Positions 11,042 to 24,361 of a stretch of 64,000 nucleotides of DNA are shown here, in pieces. Below the pieces are notes generated by a model. It was not told where the DNA came from and did no database searches. It saw nothing but the letters and a program-made list of their open reading frames with translations. The stretch's first letter is position 1, and each line of letters opens with the position of its first letter. Both the position numbers and the translations under genes were made by a program. The DNA is from Entomortierella parvispora E1425 (lineage: Eukaryota; Fungi; Mortierellomycota), in contig BQFW01000011.1 of NCBI GenBank assembly GCA_020891255.1, forward strand, positions 1,054,001 through 1,118,000, written 5' to 3'.

Positions 11042-12265
11042 ATGCTAAAAGGCCCTGGTCGGAACCTTCTCTCTCTTTTTCATCAACTTTCTCCTGCCGC
11101 TTTCCCCTCCGCATTTGGGCGCTCCTCCCTCAAAGCTTCCTTCCCTTTCTCTCCTTTGTCTAATCCCACAGCTCGCATAACAATCCTTCGCACAATGTCG
11201 ACAACAATGCATGCCGTTCAAATCCCTCAGCATGGAGACAGCTCTGTCCTCGCCTGGGTTCCTGTCCCTAAGCCTAGCCCCAAACCCGACCAAGTCTTGG
11301 TCAAAGTAGCCTATGCTGGCGTTAACTTCATTGATACCTACCAACGATCTGGCCTCTACCCTCAGTCAATGCCGTTCATTGTTGGCCGCGAAGGCTCTGG
11401 AGAGATTGTCGAGGTCGGTTCCGAAGCGCAAGGTGGATTCAAGGTCGGCGACCGTGTTGCATTCATGGCTCCTGGTAGCTATGCCGAGTATGACGCCATC
11501 CCAACCCTGGCTGTCGCCAAGTTGCCTGATTCAGTCTCTCTTGAAGATGTAAAGAAATGCCCCCCCTTTTTTGTGCGTGGGAATAATTGGCGATTTCTGG
11601 TGGCGGATTACTAATGTAATTTTCGAACTCTGTAGGGCGCTGCGCTACTTCTCCAAGGAATGACAGCCTGGTCCCTAGTCCGTCAAGCGTACAAAGTTGA
11701 GAAGGGTGATTGGGTGTTGATCCACGCTGCCGCCGGTGGTGTTGGCTTACTTCTTTGCCAGATGTGCAAGCACTTGGGTGCAAATGTCATCGGTACCACT
11801 TCGTCAGAGGCCAAGGCGAAGCTCGCCAAGCAGAATGGTGCGGACTACGTGGTGGATTACTCAAACGGATATGACGCATTGGTTGAGAAGGTCAACGAAC
11901 TAACCGGCAATAAGGGAGTCCACGTTGTTCTCGACGGTGTTGGTGCCGCTACTTTTGATGTCAGCTTAAAGGTTGTTCGTCGCCTTGGAACGGTGATTTC
12001 GTTTGGAAACGCCAGCGGAGCAGTTCCTCCTGTTAACATCATGCGCCTCGCCGAGAAGAACATCCGCTTGATGCGCACAACTCTGTTCCAGTACCTCACC
12101 ACCCGCGAGGAGTTTGATGCCCTCAGCTCGGAAGTGATCGAGTTAGTTGCGGAAAAGAAGCTCGACCTTGCTGTTCATAAGATCTACCCCATTCAAGATG
12201 TGAAGCATGCACATGACGATCTCGAGGGCCGGAAGACCACTGGAAAGCTTTTGTTGAAAATCTAA
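11042..12265 (+). CDS. NADPH:quinone oxidoreductase (zeta-crystallin/Zta1-like), 2 exons
   Basis: Intron 11549-11635 joins the two ORF pieces. AGVNFIDTYQRSGLYP, GREGSG, LLQGMTA, IHAAAGGVG, GRKTTGKLLL. Confidence 0.93.
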
Positions 12266-12651
12266 GCTCTAGTCGAATAAAGCCAGTTACAGCGGCTGCC
12301 ACCAAAAACGTGCAGTTTATTATTATGAAGTAGCGTGCGTTGAGAAACTATTTTACCACTACAAATGATAAATCGCATCAACGGTAGTTTAGTCGAATGC
12401 ATCCTTGGGAACCCAAGATTTCAATTGCCATGTTTTTGTTCAATTACCTTGTCTCCATTTACGTGGCGGCGGCGGTATTGAGCATATTCAGAGATGCCAT
12501 AGATGGCGAAAATAACACCGGATACGGCCGCGCACCCGGCGCCTGTGTAGACAGCAGGATTGGCATCTACGAAGGGAAGCGGCACATTGTCAAATAAACA
12601 AATAAAGTCTTTCCTCTCCTTTCCTTTCCCTCCTTTTTTTTTTATCGGTGC

Positions 12652-13262
12652 TCAGTAGTAAAGCTTACCACAGTTAGTGCAACCAGATGAGCTCACAGTC
12701 TTCTTGGCACCAAGATAAACAACAATGGCTCCACAGAACGACAAAACACACATTACAGAGGAGATAATCAAGGCTGCGAGGGATGCACGTTTCCCCTTGT
12801 AGTTCTCACTCTTTTTCCATGTGATCCAGTCCAATCCAAAGAAGACTGCTCCAGCAATTGTAATCAGGGCGCTATAGGCGAAGAGTTGTTTGTAAGTTCC
12901 CGAACGATGGGGCTCTTTCATGATCTTTCATTATTTTATCTACGGACACTGTCAATCGACCTTACCTGTCAGCGATTGCAAAGTTGCAAGGACCAGTTTT
13001 GTAGGCCGAGTAACCATCGCTGGTGTTGAAGAGAAAGCACACAGAGTATCCAACAAAACTACAGGATGTCGGGAAATGAGCGATAGCTTTTTAGAGATGC
13101 CCTTTGTTAATCAGACGATGGGAACTTTTGATAATGAGGTGACTCTTACGATGCTCGGATATTTTTGACCAGCGTCCCAACGCAGACCAAACCAAGGATG
13201 AAGAGAAGAACTGAGAGGATAAATCCAAACTTGAGCAGTCCACTTTGACCGGTGAATGCCAT
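12652..13262 (-). CDS. Small multi-pass membrane protein (~141 aa, MARVEL-like), 3 exons
   Basis: Exons 13262-13150, 13058-12966 and 12871-12652 join in frame with GTAAG donors and TAG acceptors. Three hydrophobic segments and a loop VCFLF...GPCNFAIA. Confidence 0.6.
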
Positions 13263-14922
13263 GGTATGGTGAATGTAACGAGCGCAAAAATGAAAGAGAT
13301 TGGAGCGAGGAGGAATATGGGATAGGGGAAAGAAGAAGGACGAAAGAGTCTTCAGCCAGCTTTCCTCCTCACTTTTGGTTGCCAGGTCTCTTTGAGCTGC
13401 TTCGAGCTCGGTTTTCTCAGACTATTCGTGATTGGACGAATGCAAAAAACAAACGCGAAATGAGAGCAGCTCATGGAATGGTGGCAAACACGCAACGAAA
13501 GTTGTCAATTGACATCGAGTCGACTCTGGGCCATCCGGGCTGTTGTGTTTGCTGTGCCTCCGACATGCTTCTTCAGCAGACCTCTAGCTGACTCACATGG
13601 CCAACAAAAAGGTCAGGGCACATGGTGTGTATGCAACGTATGAAGGTGTTAAACCACCTTGGTGGGCGGGAGAACTGGGCGGGGGGAGGGGTTTCAAAGT
13701 AGAGCACCTGGAATTTCTCAGGTCCGACATTCTGTAGAATCTATCTCAACAGCATCAGCTTCGTGTGATATAGCTCCTCCTTTCTCCTGGCTCTCATCTG
13801 CTACTTCACAGAGAAGAGAAGAGGGCAACGCAGTGCCATGAACCCCTGCCAATCGGTTCGCACATTCTCCCACCTTGTCCCTGGTCCAAGTCTCCTTGAG
13901 TCAACTCCCCCTTTTTCCTCTTCTCATTGGACCTGGACAATGGCGGACCAGCAGGGCCGAAAGATGCCGCGTGTGTTTGACTATCTCAGCAAAGTCTTGT
14001 TGACCTCTTCACAGACCTTCAAGCTCATTCGGCACCTTTGGTGCCATAGGCTTACTGGCAGTGAGGCGAATTGTAAAAGGAAAAAAAAAAGGAGAAATGC
14101 AAGGAGAGCGATAGAGTGTAGGCGCCGCTGTCCTTGTCGCTCTGTAAGGCTATGAAGTACTCCTGCTCTGTTGGGCTAGAGGAGGAAGAGGAGAGACGGT
14201 GGAAAGGAGGTCAAACTCCTTGTTTACCATCAATTCGTACGCACGAAGTCCTGGCTGTTGTTGCCCATGGCTGGTCACAATTTGATCCCTCGCGGCCACT
14301 GTTTCCCTGTCTCAATACTCACTCAGGACCTCTCCTTGGGATCTTTCAGGGATCTTTCATGTTTTCTCTCTTCTTCGTTTTATTAATATCACCTTGACAC
14401 AATCTGTTGGTACACCGCCCTTGTCCCAACACTCTTTCATTCCTTTGACCTATTTTGTTAATCATAAGGCTCGTCCACTCCACCAGTCCTCGTGCTGTAC
14501 CATATCCTCTACTTGTTGACTGGCATTCTTGATGTCAGTGAGCATGCGACCCACTTGACCTTCACAGTAAACCCACCTCTCTCGTTGAAGCTGACACCCT
14601 GGCAAGGAAAAAACATTAGATACCCAGCGCTTAAAAACCTCCAGGACTAATCCAGGATTGTTTTTTTTCTATCTTTCGCTCACTTTTCCTCGTACTTGTC
14701 ATCATATGCTTCGATTGCGACTTCTGTATACCTCACTTCTCCCTTGTGCACCCATTGCGCCTGTGCCGGGTAAAAAAACGATGCCGACGCACTAACTAAA
14801 TTCCTTGACCACCGACCCTCGACCACCGACCCTCGACCACCAATCCTTGATCACCATCGTCGCTGTCTTCGTTCTATCATCGGTATGTTTGCTTCGCTGG
14901 TTTTCTACCTCTCGCCTACAAA

Positions 14923-15218
14923 CCTACTGACCGATTTCCCTACCTACCTTACTCATCTACTGACCTATTGACCTACTGGCCTACTTACTTACCTACTGGT
15001 CTACTTACCAAATACTGACCTACTGACCTACTGACCTACTGACCTACTGACCTACTTACCTACTTACCTACTTACCCACTTACCTACTTACTTACCTATC
15101 TTACCTACCTACTCCACTGACGACTTACCTACTGACCAACTTATCTACTAACTAACTTATCTACTGACTAACTTATCTACTGACCCGCTTGCCTGACCTA
15201 CTGACCTACTGGCCTGAC
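14923..15218. repeat. Degenerate 8-mer microsatellite (TACTGACC / TACTTACC)n
   Basis: Direct reading: five perfect TACTGACC units at ~15013-15052, followed by TACTTACC, CTAAC and CTTATC variants. Confidence 0.95.
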
Positions 15219-15467
15219 ATCTCACCATGAATTATTGTTGCTCTGGTGTGGCTCACTGATTCCATTATCTCATGTATCTGTCTGCTCCGACGTCTTTGGC
15301 CTCGATGCAATGTACACTAAATCGGGCGTGTCGTGGTAATATAACTCGTGCATGACAATGACCGTACCTCAATGTTCATACGGTGTTTCTTTTTTTTTTT
15401 TTTTTTTTTTTTTGCCAATTTTCACTTGCTCGTTCCTTCTCCTCGCCTTGTTCGCTGTCTTCACACT

Positions 15468-15540
15468 CTTCACTCTCTTCACTCTCTTCACTCTCTTCAC
15501 TCTCTTCACTCTCTTCACTCTCTTCACTCTCTTCACTCTT
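15468..15540. repeat. 9-bp tandem repeat (CTTCACTCT)n, about 8 copies
   Basis: Direct reading. It accounts for the spurious HSL/FTL/SEE-repeat ORFs in the track. Confidence 0.95.
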
Positions 15541-15972
15541 CCCTCTTGTTTGCTCCCCCCTCGCATGTTTTTTTTGGCGCAATGAATCGGCGGATCTGCG
15601 AACCTTTGTGTTCGTGTACAAAAATGGGGATGATAAATGATCTGCCGCACCAACCGCTCAATTGTCGGAACCAACCATGCTCCCAATTCAACAAAAAAAA
15701 AAGATCCTGCTGCTCTCACCTCCTTATTAACCCAAATCTCATGCTCTTTCTGTTCTTTCCTCAACCTGACCTCGATCTTGGCGGACCTGGGCATCCGTCT
15801 CTTTTATTGTCCAACCGCACTCTCGTTTCCCACTTCCAAACCCAGACACCACGGTTGCCGTTGTGCTTCCCTACCCCTTTTTAAGGCACACAGCCCAATC
15901 CCATCTCGACAGTTTTTCACTTCATTCGATTCCATTCATCATCATCACCATCATCTTCCATACTCCCCCAAG

Positions 15973-18900
15973 TAATTCTTTGCGATTGGTGTCGAGCGCC
16001 AGGAGCTTACGCGATCAATTCAAAAGCAGCAGCGGCGGCGGCTCCCATAACAACCTGCTTGCTTCCAGTGGCAGCAGCGTCTTCACAAACTCGAGCAGCA
16101 TCTCGCAAATCCGAACACTCGATCCTTTGACCTCTGGCACATCCATTCTTAGTCGACAAGACACTCTCATGCGTTCCTCGAGTAATGGCAATCTCAGTCG
16201 CGCCAAAAGCGTCCAAAAGAAGAACAACCATGACGCCTTGCCAGAGCTGTCTATGGAGATGACCTTGGTGATAGTCAAACGTTGTGTCAAAGAGATTCGT
16301 GAACGAGGTACGTTTCCTACGTCCACACTTCTACAACTTGGCTAAACTGAAAGTAATAGAGAGTTAACCGGGAGCTCCTTCGCACATATTCCCTCCCCCC
16401 CCCCCCTCCCCCACCTAGGTTTGACTACCAAGCACATTCTTCGACAAGCTCAAATGGCCATGAGTCCAAAGGTTATCATGAATACGATACAGCTGATCCT
16501 TGACGACGAAGCAAACTCAGAACTGTCTGCTTTGCGCCAAGTGGACATCCACTTGGTGGCACATGCAATGAAATGTGCAATCCGGTATTCAGAAGAGACG
16601 CTTGTCACCTATGCCGACTATCAGGCGCTGTACCTGGATCAAGGTAAGACACCCCAGAAAAGGAAGGGGCGCAAAAGAAAAAGGAGCGGGGGCTGGGGTG
16701 GGGGGATTGAAAAAAGACGGGCTTATACACCTGGGATTGGGAGTCGCGATCGCATCGGCCCTGGCTGGTATCTAACATCTTGGCACTTGAATGCTTGGGG
16801 ACATAGATCGAAGCTTTAGCGCGTTCGTGCGTGATCTCCCTCCGACGAATCGCGCCATCCTCCTCGACCTATTCTCGCTTTGTGCCGATGTGACCCTTCT
16901 CGCTCATCTGAACAACATGACCCTTGTCGCTGTGGCAAAGGCAATTTCGCTCAGTGTCATGGGAGCCGCAGATCAGGGCTTTTCAACCTTTGACGTCTCA
17001 CTCCAGCAACGGAATATGTGCGGCGCCGCTTGCGAGGATCTTTTGCGGGCTTTCCTCCGCATCAAAACCACTCACGATCTCGCCAAAATCGAGCAAGAGG
17101 ACGAAGTGGATGAAAACCGTTATGTCGACAATGTCACACGGCAGGTCAGGAGCGCACGTCAGCGAAGCAATGACAACGGTACTATGCCAAGTATACCCAA
17201 CCACTCTCGCCCTGATATGCCCGGGACTTCTGGAACAGCTCCTAATCTGCCACAAGGATGGCCTTCCGCAACGACCCCGACAGGCACCCAACCGCGTGGA
17301 ACAACCGGATATTTTGATCATGGCGCATCTCCACGATCTGCTTCTCCGCTCTCACAACACTCAAGCTCACTGAATGGCTCATCTCTATCCCGCTCACACT
17401 CCCTCGCCAAGTCCAACTCCTCAAATTCACGGCCTATTTCGCCAGCCCCGCACTATGACAGCGAGAGGCTTGAATACGAGGAACTCATGCAGGATCAATC
17501 CAACTTAAGTCGACTTCGCCAGCAACGCCACTCTCAGTCCTTGATGCCTGAAGAGCGTGACCGCCGAAGGTCATCTGTGGCGGACATGGAAAGCCTGTAC
17601 ATGTTGCCCGTTGACGCGTCGACTGATGGATATGAATCAGAACCAGAGCCTTCACATGAGAGCATCATACCAGATTTTGCAGACGGACTCGGATGGGACT
17701 TTTCCAAGATGGACGACCTGCATTCCGAAGATGCCTTTAATCAACAATCCTTGGGTGTCAACAGATCTAACAGCTCCAGCAGCAATGGTAGTGCGTCGGA
17801 TAGATTGCACCCATCACCTGGAGCCGTGCGCTTCCATGGTAATCAAGAGTACAACCATCCTTCCAGAGTTCGTGAACTGCAGGACCAGCAGCGTCATTCA
17901 CTTCAACGTGCTCAATCCCAACAGGAACTGTCGAGTCGATATCGAAATGAGAGCAGCAATGACATCCTATCCCCGTCTATGACCACTGTTCAACGATCCG
18001 CGACCTCCATGTCAAACAACAAACCCAGATTTGGACAGGCCATTGATCAGGGACACACCTCATCATCCATAAGCCCTCAGCGCGCGAAACGGAATTCATT
18101 GCTCCGCAGGTCTGTCTCCCTGGACCCACACACAATGCATGGAAGAGTGCACAAGAGACCAAACGAACTGCGGCACGATATCCTAAGCCGCGAGATGGCA
18201 ATTCAAGCGGAGCGATCTCAAGTAGCAGAGGACATTCGATCACAGCTGCTGCAAGTAAAGCAAAGCCAAAGCAACACGTTTTCACTCGAGTCCTCCCCCC
18301 AGGACTTGGAGCGACCCTTGATTCCAACAAGAAGCGCATCTCAAGGGTTGGGTCGTTCCAGTTCCAGAGCTTCAGGTGCAGAGTCAACAAAACTAGAGAT
18401 CAACGTCGGAGGTTTACCTTTAAGGCCCTCTGCACCGACGACCTCAGACGCCTTGGCAGAGCTCACCCCAGTGTCCAATCCAGCCTCTTCAGGATCGTCC
18501 ATTGCGTCGCCTAAAGCACATCCTCCTACTCGGCAGGACGAGCGACTAGCCATTGGAACTCATGCCCGACCCAAAGAAGGAGAAATCAGCGTGGTTTTCA
18601 CGCCTATCACACCAGTGTCGCCAAAAGCGGATCAGCGGTCAAAGTTCCAGGAGTCTTTCCCTGAGAGGCCTATTTCGCCATTGGCCGGCTATACTCACAA
18701 ACGATCCCCAACCGCCTCCAGTAGCCGAAGTGGGCATAGTAACAAGCTGTCTCCTTCTTCCTCAGCTGTATCCTCACCCCGGCAGCATGCTTTGAGCAGG
18801 TCAAACAGCAAAAATAAGACACCATTGCCGCCCACCCATCCTCCACTTCAACAGAGTGTTTCTTTTTCCGGCATGTCGACAAGTTCCAACCAAGCGGCTC

Positions 18901-20882
18901 CTGAAAGCAAGTCCAAGGCAGCAGGATTTATTCGAGCACTTTCCTACAAGCTCCGATCCAAGCAGAGTGATGAGCAGCTGAAGCCATTCAAAATTAACAA
19001 CCAAGTTGTAAGTGCCGCTGGCGCCCCTTCAGTCTCGATCCAACCTCCTCGCCTAGAGCTTAGTTTTCTAGGTGAGGTGGGTGGAAATGCAGCCACGAGA
19101 AATGGCCCTGCTACTGCTTCAGTCAGGGCACTTCAATCTTCGGAAGCCAATATGCCTCCAACTTCGGCTCCTGCTACACTTCTCCATCTAGATGGATCTT
19201 CTAGCTCAGGACCAGGAACCCTCGAGAGCTGGAGAAAGGCAGCGCAAGATAGCTTACCCATTACGGCTGCTGAGCAGCAGCAGCGCCAGCAAGGCCTGGA
19301 TCGACTACCCAAGGGCTTTTCTAGTGCACGCCGCAGCTCTGGTGTGTTGTCAGGTTCTGTTCATGTCGCCAATAGGGAGCAGCGTCGTCGAAGCAAGATT
19401 ACATTTGCTTCACCAAGATCTGTGGCGTCAAATAGTGGCGCAAGCTCGAAATCCGATGGTAATCGTCATGGCCACGGCAGTCCTCAGTATCACTCTAAGA
19501 CTGAGAAGTGCCAGTCTGACAATTCTTTTACCACAGACGATAGTGGCCACTGTGACGATGGTGATGAGACCAAGCGCTCTACAACCACCTCCAAAGCAAC
19601 CAGCTCAAGTCCCAATAAGACTGGCGAAAGAGAGTACCGATTCTCAACTGCCACGCTCTTGAAGGATGGTAAGCTCTATTACCAGTTGCAGTGGGATGAG
19701 TTCTCGAGTTCTGGTTTTAAATCAGAGTTTTTTGACGAACCGGAGCGGTATCTGACTGGCCTTCATCAGAAACGAATGTCCAAGGTCCCTGCGATCAATG
19801 GTCCTGGGACGAACAAGGAGGCGGCAGAGGGGATGTTGGGCATCAGCAGCAATGCCGCCGCCTCCTCCTCCTGGGATCATACGACGGGGCCAATAGATCC
19901 CTCGAACAACAAGTCGGAACACTACGATTCGGGCCCGAGTCAAGCTCAGCGAGCCGCGGCTATGAAAGCCGCTCGGGAGAGCTTTATGGCCCTGGCCAAG
20001 GATCCAAAGGCCCTGGCTGCCCTCAAAGCTGGCTCTACCGGTGGCATCGGTCAAGCGACTATTATCGGGACTGGGTCCTTTCCTATCGGGTCAACGCAGC
20101 CGTTGCTGCAGTCGCAACTGAATCTGAATTGGGATGCTGTGTCAGCCAAAGCGAACACGATGGTGACAAAGTCGTCTCTGGCCTCCCCACTCAAGAAAAA
20201 TTCTTCTCGAGTACCACAAACGACACCTCCATCATCACGTCCCCTTCGACCCGTTCAGGAAGACGAAGACAGACCTCAGGAGAATATGTCCGAAAGGTTA
20301 TCGCCGAGATCATCGACCGGCGATGTCAGCTCACAGGGTTCCAGACAGGAGACCAAGAAGCATGGCAAGCTTTCTACGCCTGTTGGTGGTGCTGGGTCTT
20401 TGTCCTCTTCTCAGGAGGCGAGTGCGCCGGCAAAAGATCTCAGTTCAGGATCGCGTAAGGACCTGCCTCCAGCAAAACCAACCAAAAGGAACCGACTGTT
20501 CTTTAAAGCTTCTAATAAGAACCATCGACACTCGGTCACGATCAACTCAGATTCAGTGGTCGGCAATAATACGAACGGTGCTAATATGTCGGCCTTTTCG
20601 AGGAAGAAGCGACCCATTCCGGGAATGGGTGCAGTGAAGAAGGACGCGATGATAAAAACAGAGGAGCCGCTGGATGAGATTTTCCCATGGACGTGCATCG
20701 AACATATGACCGGGCAGGAGAGCGGCTGGGTAATGCTGGAGCCAGTCCAGAATGGAGCTGTAGGATGGGTCAAGATTGACAAGCTCGAGGAAGAGATGGC
20801 TCGATTTGAAGAACAAAAACAACAGCAGCGGCAACAAAAGCATCTTCAATACCAGAGCTATGAAATGGAGCGAGAGCAATAG
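15973..20882 (+). CDS. RhoGAP-fold protein with long low-complexity C-terminus; start uncertain
   Basis: Exons ~15973-16307, 16419-16643 and 16807-20882 join in frame. VKRCVKEIRERG...HILRQ, DIHLVAHAMK, LP PTNRAILLDLF, NNMTLVAVAK resemble the RhoGAP helices. Confidence 0.72.
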
Positions 20883-22401
20883 TTTCTGCGGAAAATTTTA
20901 CGAGAATTTCTTGGTGTTTTTTTTTTTTTTTTTTGACATGCACCATAGAGTAGTCTCCTTGCATTATCATTAGTCTTGCTTTCTTCTCCACTGACGACCA
21001 ACATTACCACAACTACATGCCTTCGCTGTAAACTGCCTTTTGGCCAAAATATATCTGCATTTTTCATGAGGCTTATTTCTTCTTGTGGTATGGATTCTAG
21101 AGATTTGAACTAGGAGCATCTGGCCCCGGAGTGACAAGGAGCGCTGGAAGACATTGCGAATCAGACCCTTGACTCTACATAATGCAATTTCCATGCATCT
21201 CTTCATTCATTTCCTTGCGGAAGTAACATGCAGCGGGTCAGCTCTGCTCATCGCCGTAAACAATCTTCTGGTGCTATTCCTTGTCACTATCTACAAGAAG
21301 GTCAGAAACTGCTGCACAATACGTGCGTCTCATTATATCGTGGTCCCTCCAGTGAACAAGTTTCGGAATTACCAGCACTTTAGAGAAAAGGCTCTGGGTA
21401 CATTGCCGGCCGCGCTCGGTTACACTACAGGGTTAGATCGATATATATATGAGGAATAAAAGTACGAGATTCCATGTCTGCTGGAACGTTAATCAGAAGA
21501 AATCGCCTCCTCCGACCCAAAATCGCATCAGTGAACTGAGCCAGTTGTGTTGCTTGACCCGCCAGAGCCCTCAAGTATCAAACATTCGCTCGGTCTAAAA
21601 TTTGTACCATCGCCACGGTGTGAGTCACAAAGATGCGGCCAAACTGGACTGCAATTGCCTAGGGGTGAGCAGGTTGGTTGTTCGTTTCTGAGGCTTTAAA
21701 GCTCCCCACAGGGTCGAATCTGCAGATAGCCTCCAGCGAACGCTGCTGCAGGAGGAGAAGCTAGTGAGCCATCTACTTAAGAGCAAAACGAAAGAGAGAG
21801 GGGGGCAAAGATACATCTGTGGGGAAGGATTTATTTGAGGCTACGTGGAGGTCTTCTTGAAGCAGCAGCAATGGTCCATGATATTCAGGGCTTGCAAGGA
21901 GAGTGATCGAGTTGAAAGGATATGTCTCACAACTTCACCGTCCCCGACCCGACGGTATATGGTTCTTGGGCTCAGCTAAAAGATTCTCGTAAAAGGATGC
22001 TGAGTCGAGTTTTTTCATCTCTTCCTGGGAGACAACAGCATCACGGAGAAGTGCCTTCAGCTTTATTGTCAACTTCCACGTAAGTACAAACGCGGCTGCT
22101 GCAGGAAGGACGGTTGTCTTCTCCCGCTGTGCTGCTGACCTAATAGGCGTAGGTTATGTTCAAGCCGAGATCAATATTCCAATTCTATAGACAACACTTC
22201 ACAGACCAAGACGAGCCGCAACCCGAGTCTTCCGAGAACTAAGAATGTGAGCAAGCGGTTCTGGAGTTGTGTCGCCACAGCTACTCATAGCATTCAATCC
22301 TATTATTCGAACTTGGATACGTATCAGTTTCGCATCTAACAATAAACGCTGCACTTCAATGGAACACGCTCGCGCCTTTTATTCCAGAAGACACGGGCAC
22401 T

Positions 22402-24361
22402 TCAGTTACTGCGTTCAGAATGAACCGATCCTCCGCCCTGGTCATCGACAGGATGATCGACCATTACTATATCCTCATTCTCCTCTGTTTCAGGAATGGA
22501 CGTGGTAGGTTCTAAAGTCACAGGGGTCGCCGTGACCAAAGTTGACCCACTAGCAGTCCACAACCGCCTTTCTGATGCGCCATATATTCCAACGCGGACC
22601 GTTGGGAGAGTATTAGACCGCACAACAAAAGCAAGATTAGGAATCTGGTCCGATTGACCTTTTCCCGCTCCCTGCGAACCAAGTCCTGATATCGAATAGC
22701 TATAGGAAGCATTCTGGCGTCGGTAATAGTTGAATATGTTGGTCAATCGTTCTATCATCGGCGGAATTGATGAGAAGGTTAATAACAGCGGTGGCGCCGC
22801 AGCACGTTGTAATATGTACGCACCTGAATCCATAGTCAGTTTTGCAAGTTTGACCAAAGTTGAACCCGCTGGCGATGAAGTTGAGTCAGGGGCCACAAAT
22901 CGATTCCATGGCCCAAGAGTGGGCAGGCGTGCCATTGGTTTTTTACGAGTCGCCTGTTCACTGTTCATTTTCGTATCCTGCTCTCTTCTCTCATAGCTGC
23001 CATGATGAGAAACTGTTGAAGTCGTGGGGATAATATCATATCTATCATTGTTGGCGTCGTTCATTAAAGGTTCGACATCATCTCTGCCGTATTCGGATGC
23101 TTTGAATGACTCTGGTCCATCGTCTACGTGTTCGTAAAGCTTGAACAGAGGACGCGGCACAGCCTCGGGTAGCAGAAAGTAGAATGAAAGAGCCCACAGT
23201 CTCATTTCCTGTCTGATATGATCCATAGTCGAAAGGGGCGATAGTCCTTGCTTCGCAGCAGGTCGACAGAACGAGTATTGGTGCTTCACAATCTCCTTAA
23301 TGTCCTTTGTCTGCCGTTGTTGATGAAGGAATTGTTGAGAAGGTCCGCTGATCGACAAAAACGGATGCTAGCAAGGAAATAAAGACAAAAAAAGTAAGAT
23401 AACAAACTACAACGTCGAATGGGAGTCCTTAGTCCGCAATTAAAAAGAAGCTGCCTACCCGCTTCTCCATTTTGGCGTGAGGGTCAACCTCAATCCCATC
23501 CAATGCGGCCTCGATCATTACCGGTCGTCCATCTTCTACAAGTTCCTGTTGCGGTTGTTGCAGTGGTAGCACTTCTAAGTTGAAGACACCCAAAGCCCCA
23601 ACTGTCCAATGTGCAAAGAGTCCATAGCAGCTTAAAACGCCAAGTATCATCAATCCCCTGAACGCCAGAGCGACTGCAGTCCAATCAGCCAGCCTGGTGG
23701 TGACCGTGACAGCGAGACAGCCTAGTATGACCAGGCTGTGTGTTATGAAGAACAGCCAGGCGTACTGGCTTCGTCGAGGGGAGTCGTTTCTCTTTATCGT
23801 GTTGTCGGATGGACTGTCTGCAGGATATGATTGGAACGAGTTCTTGTTCGCAGAAGTTCCCTCTGAATAAACTGAAAGATTTAAAACGATATCGTCCAAG
23901 TCAGGTAGAATCTCTCCAGAGGCATTGAACTCCTGGGCCAACACCGAGAGCATGGTTGGCGTCGACGACGGCGTGGGCGAGGACCCGGATGTTGACAGCA
24001 CCGCGGTCGAGATGCTGGAGACGGGCTTTCGGCTAAAAAAAGCAGGCCGTTGTTGTTGTTGTTGTTGCTGTTGTTGTTCCTGACATGCAGCTTGCCCCTG
24101 TTGTGAACAGTGTATTTCGTTCGCGTGAGACCTGTGTTGTGCCGATGAGGGGTAGAACTGCCAGAGAAAATATAGGCCTAGGATGATGTACACAACAGAC
24201 ATCCAAAGGTCCAGTCGATAAAAATCACATAGGTAAATGCCCCACAAGTAACAGGCTATCGTTCCACCGTACATGCGGGCCTGAGTCACTGGTGTATACA
24301 GCATGATGGTACTGATAGGGATCTCCTTGGGTTCCTTGAGTTCCTGAAGCTCCTTGACCAA
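22402..24361 (-). CDS. Hypothetical membrane protein, at least 2 exons
   Basis: Exon 24361-23459 (301 codons) splices in frame (GTAGGC...TAG) to exon 23367-22402. Several hydrophobic segments and a polyQ tract; no family recognised. Confidence 0.6.

Noticed and set aside
15348-15884. Several repeat-rich ORFs (HSL, FTL, SEE, RVK repeats)
   Set aside because: Artefacts of the 9-bp microsatellite and a poly-T run.
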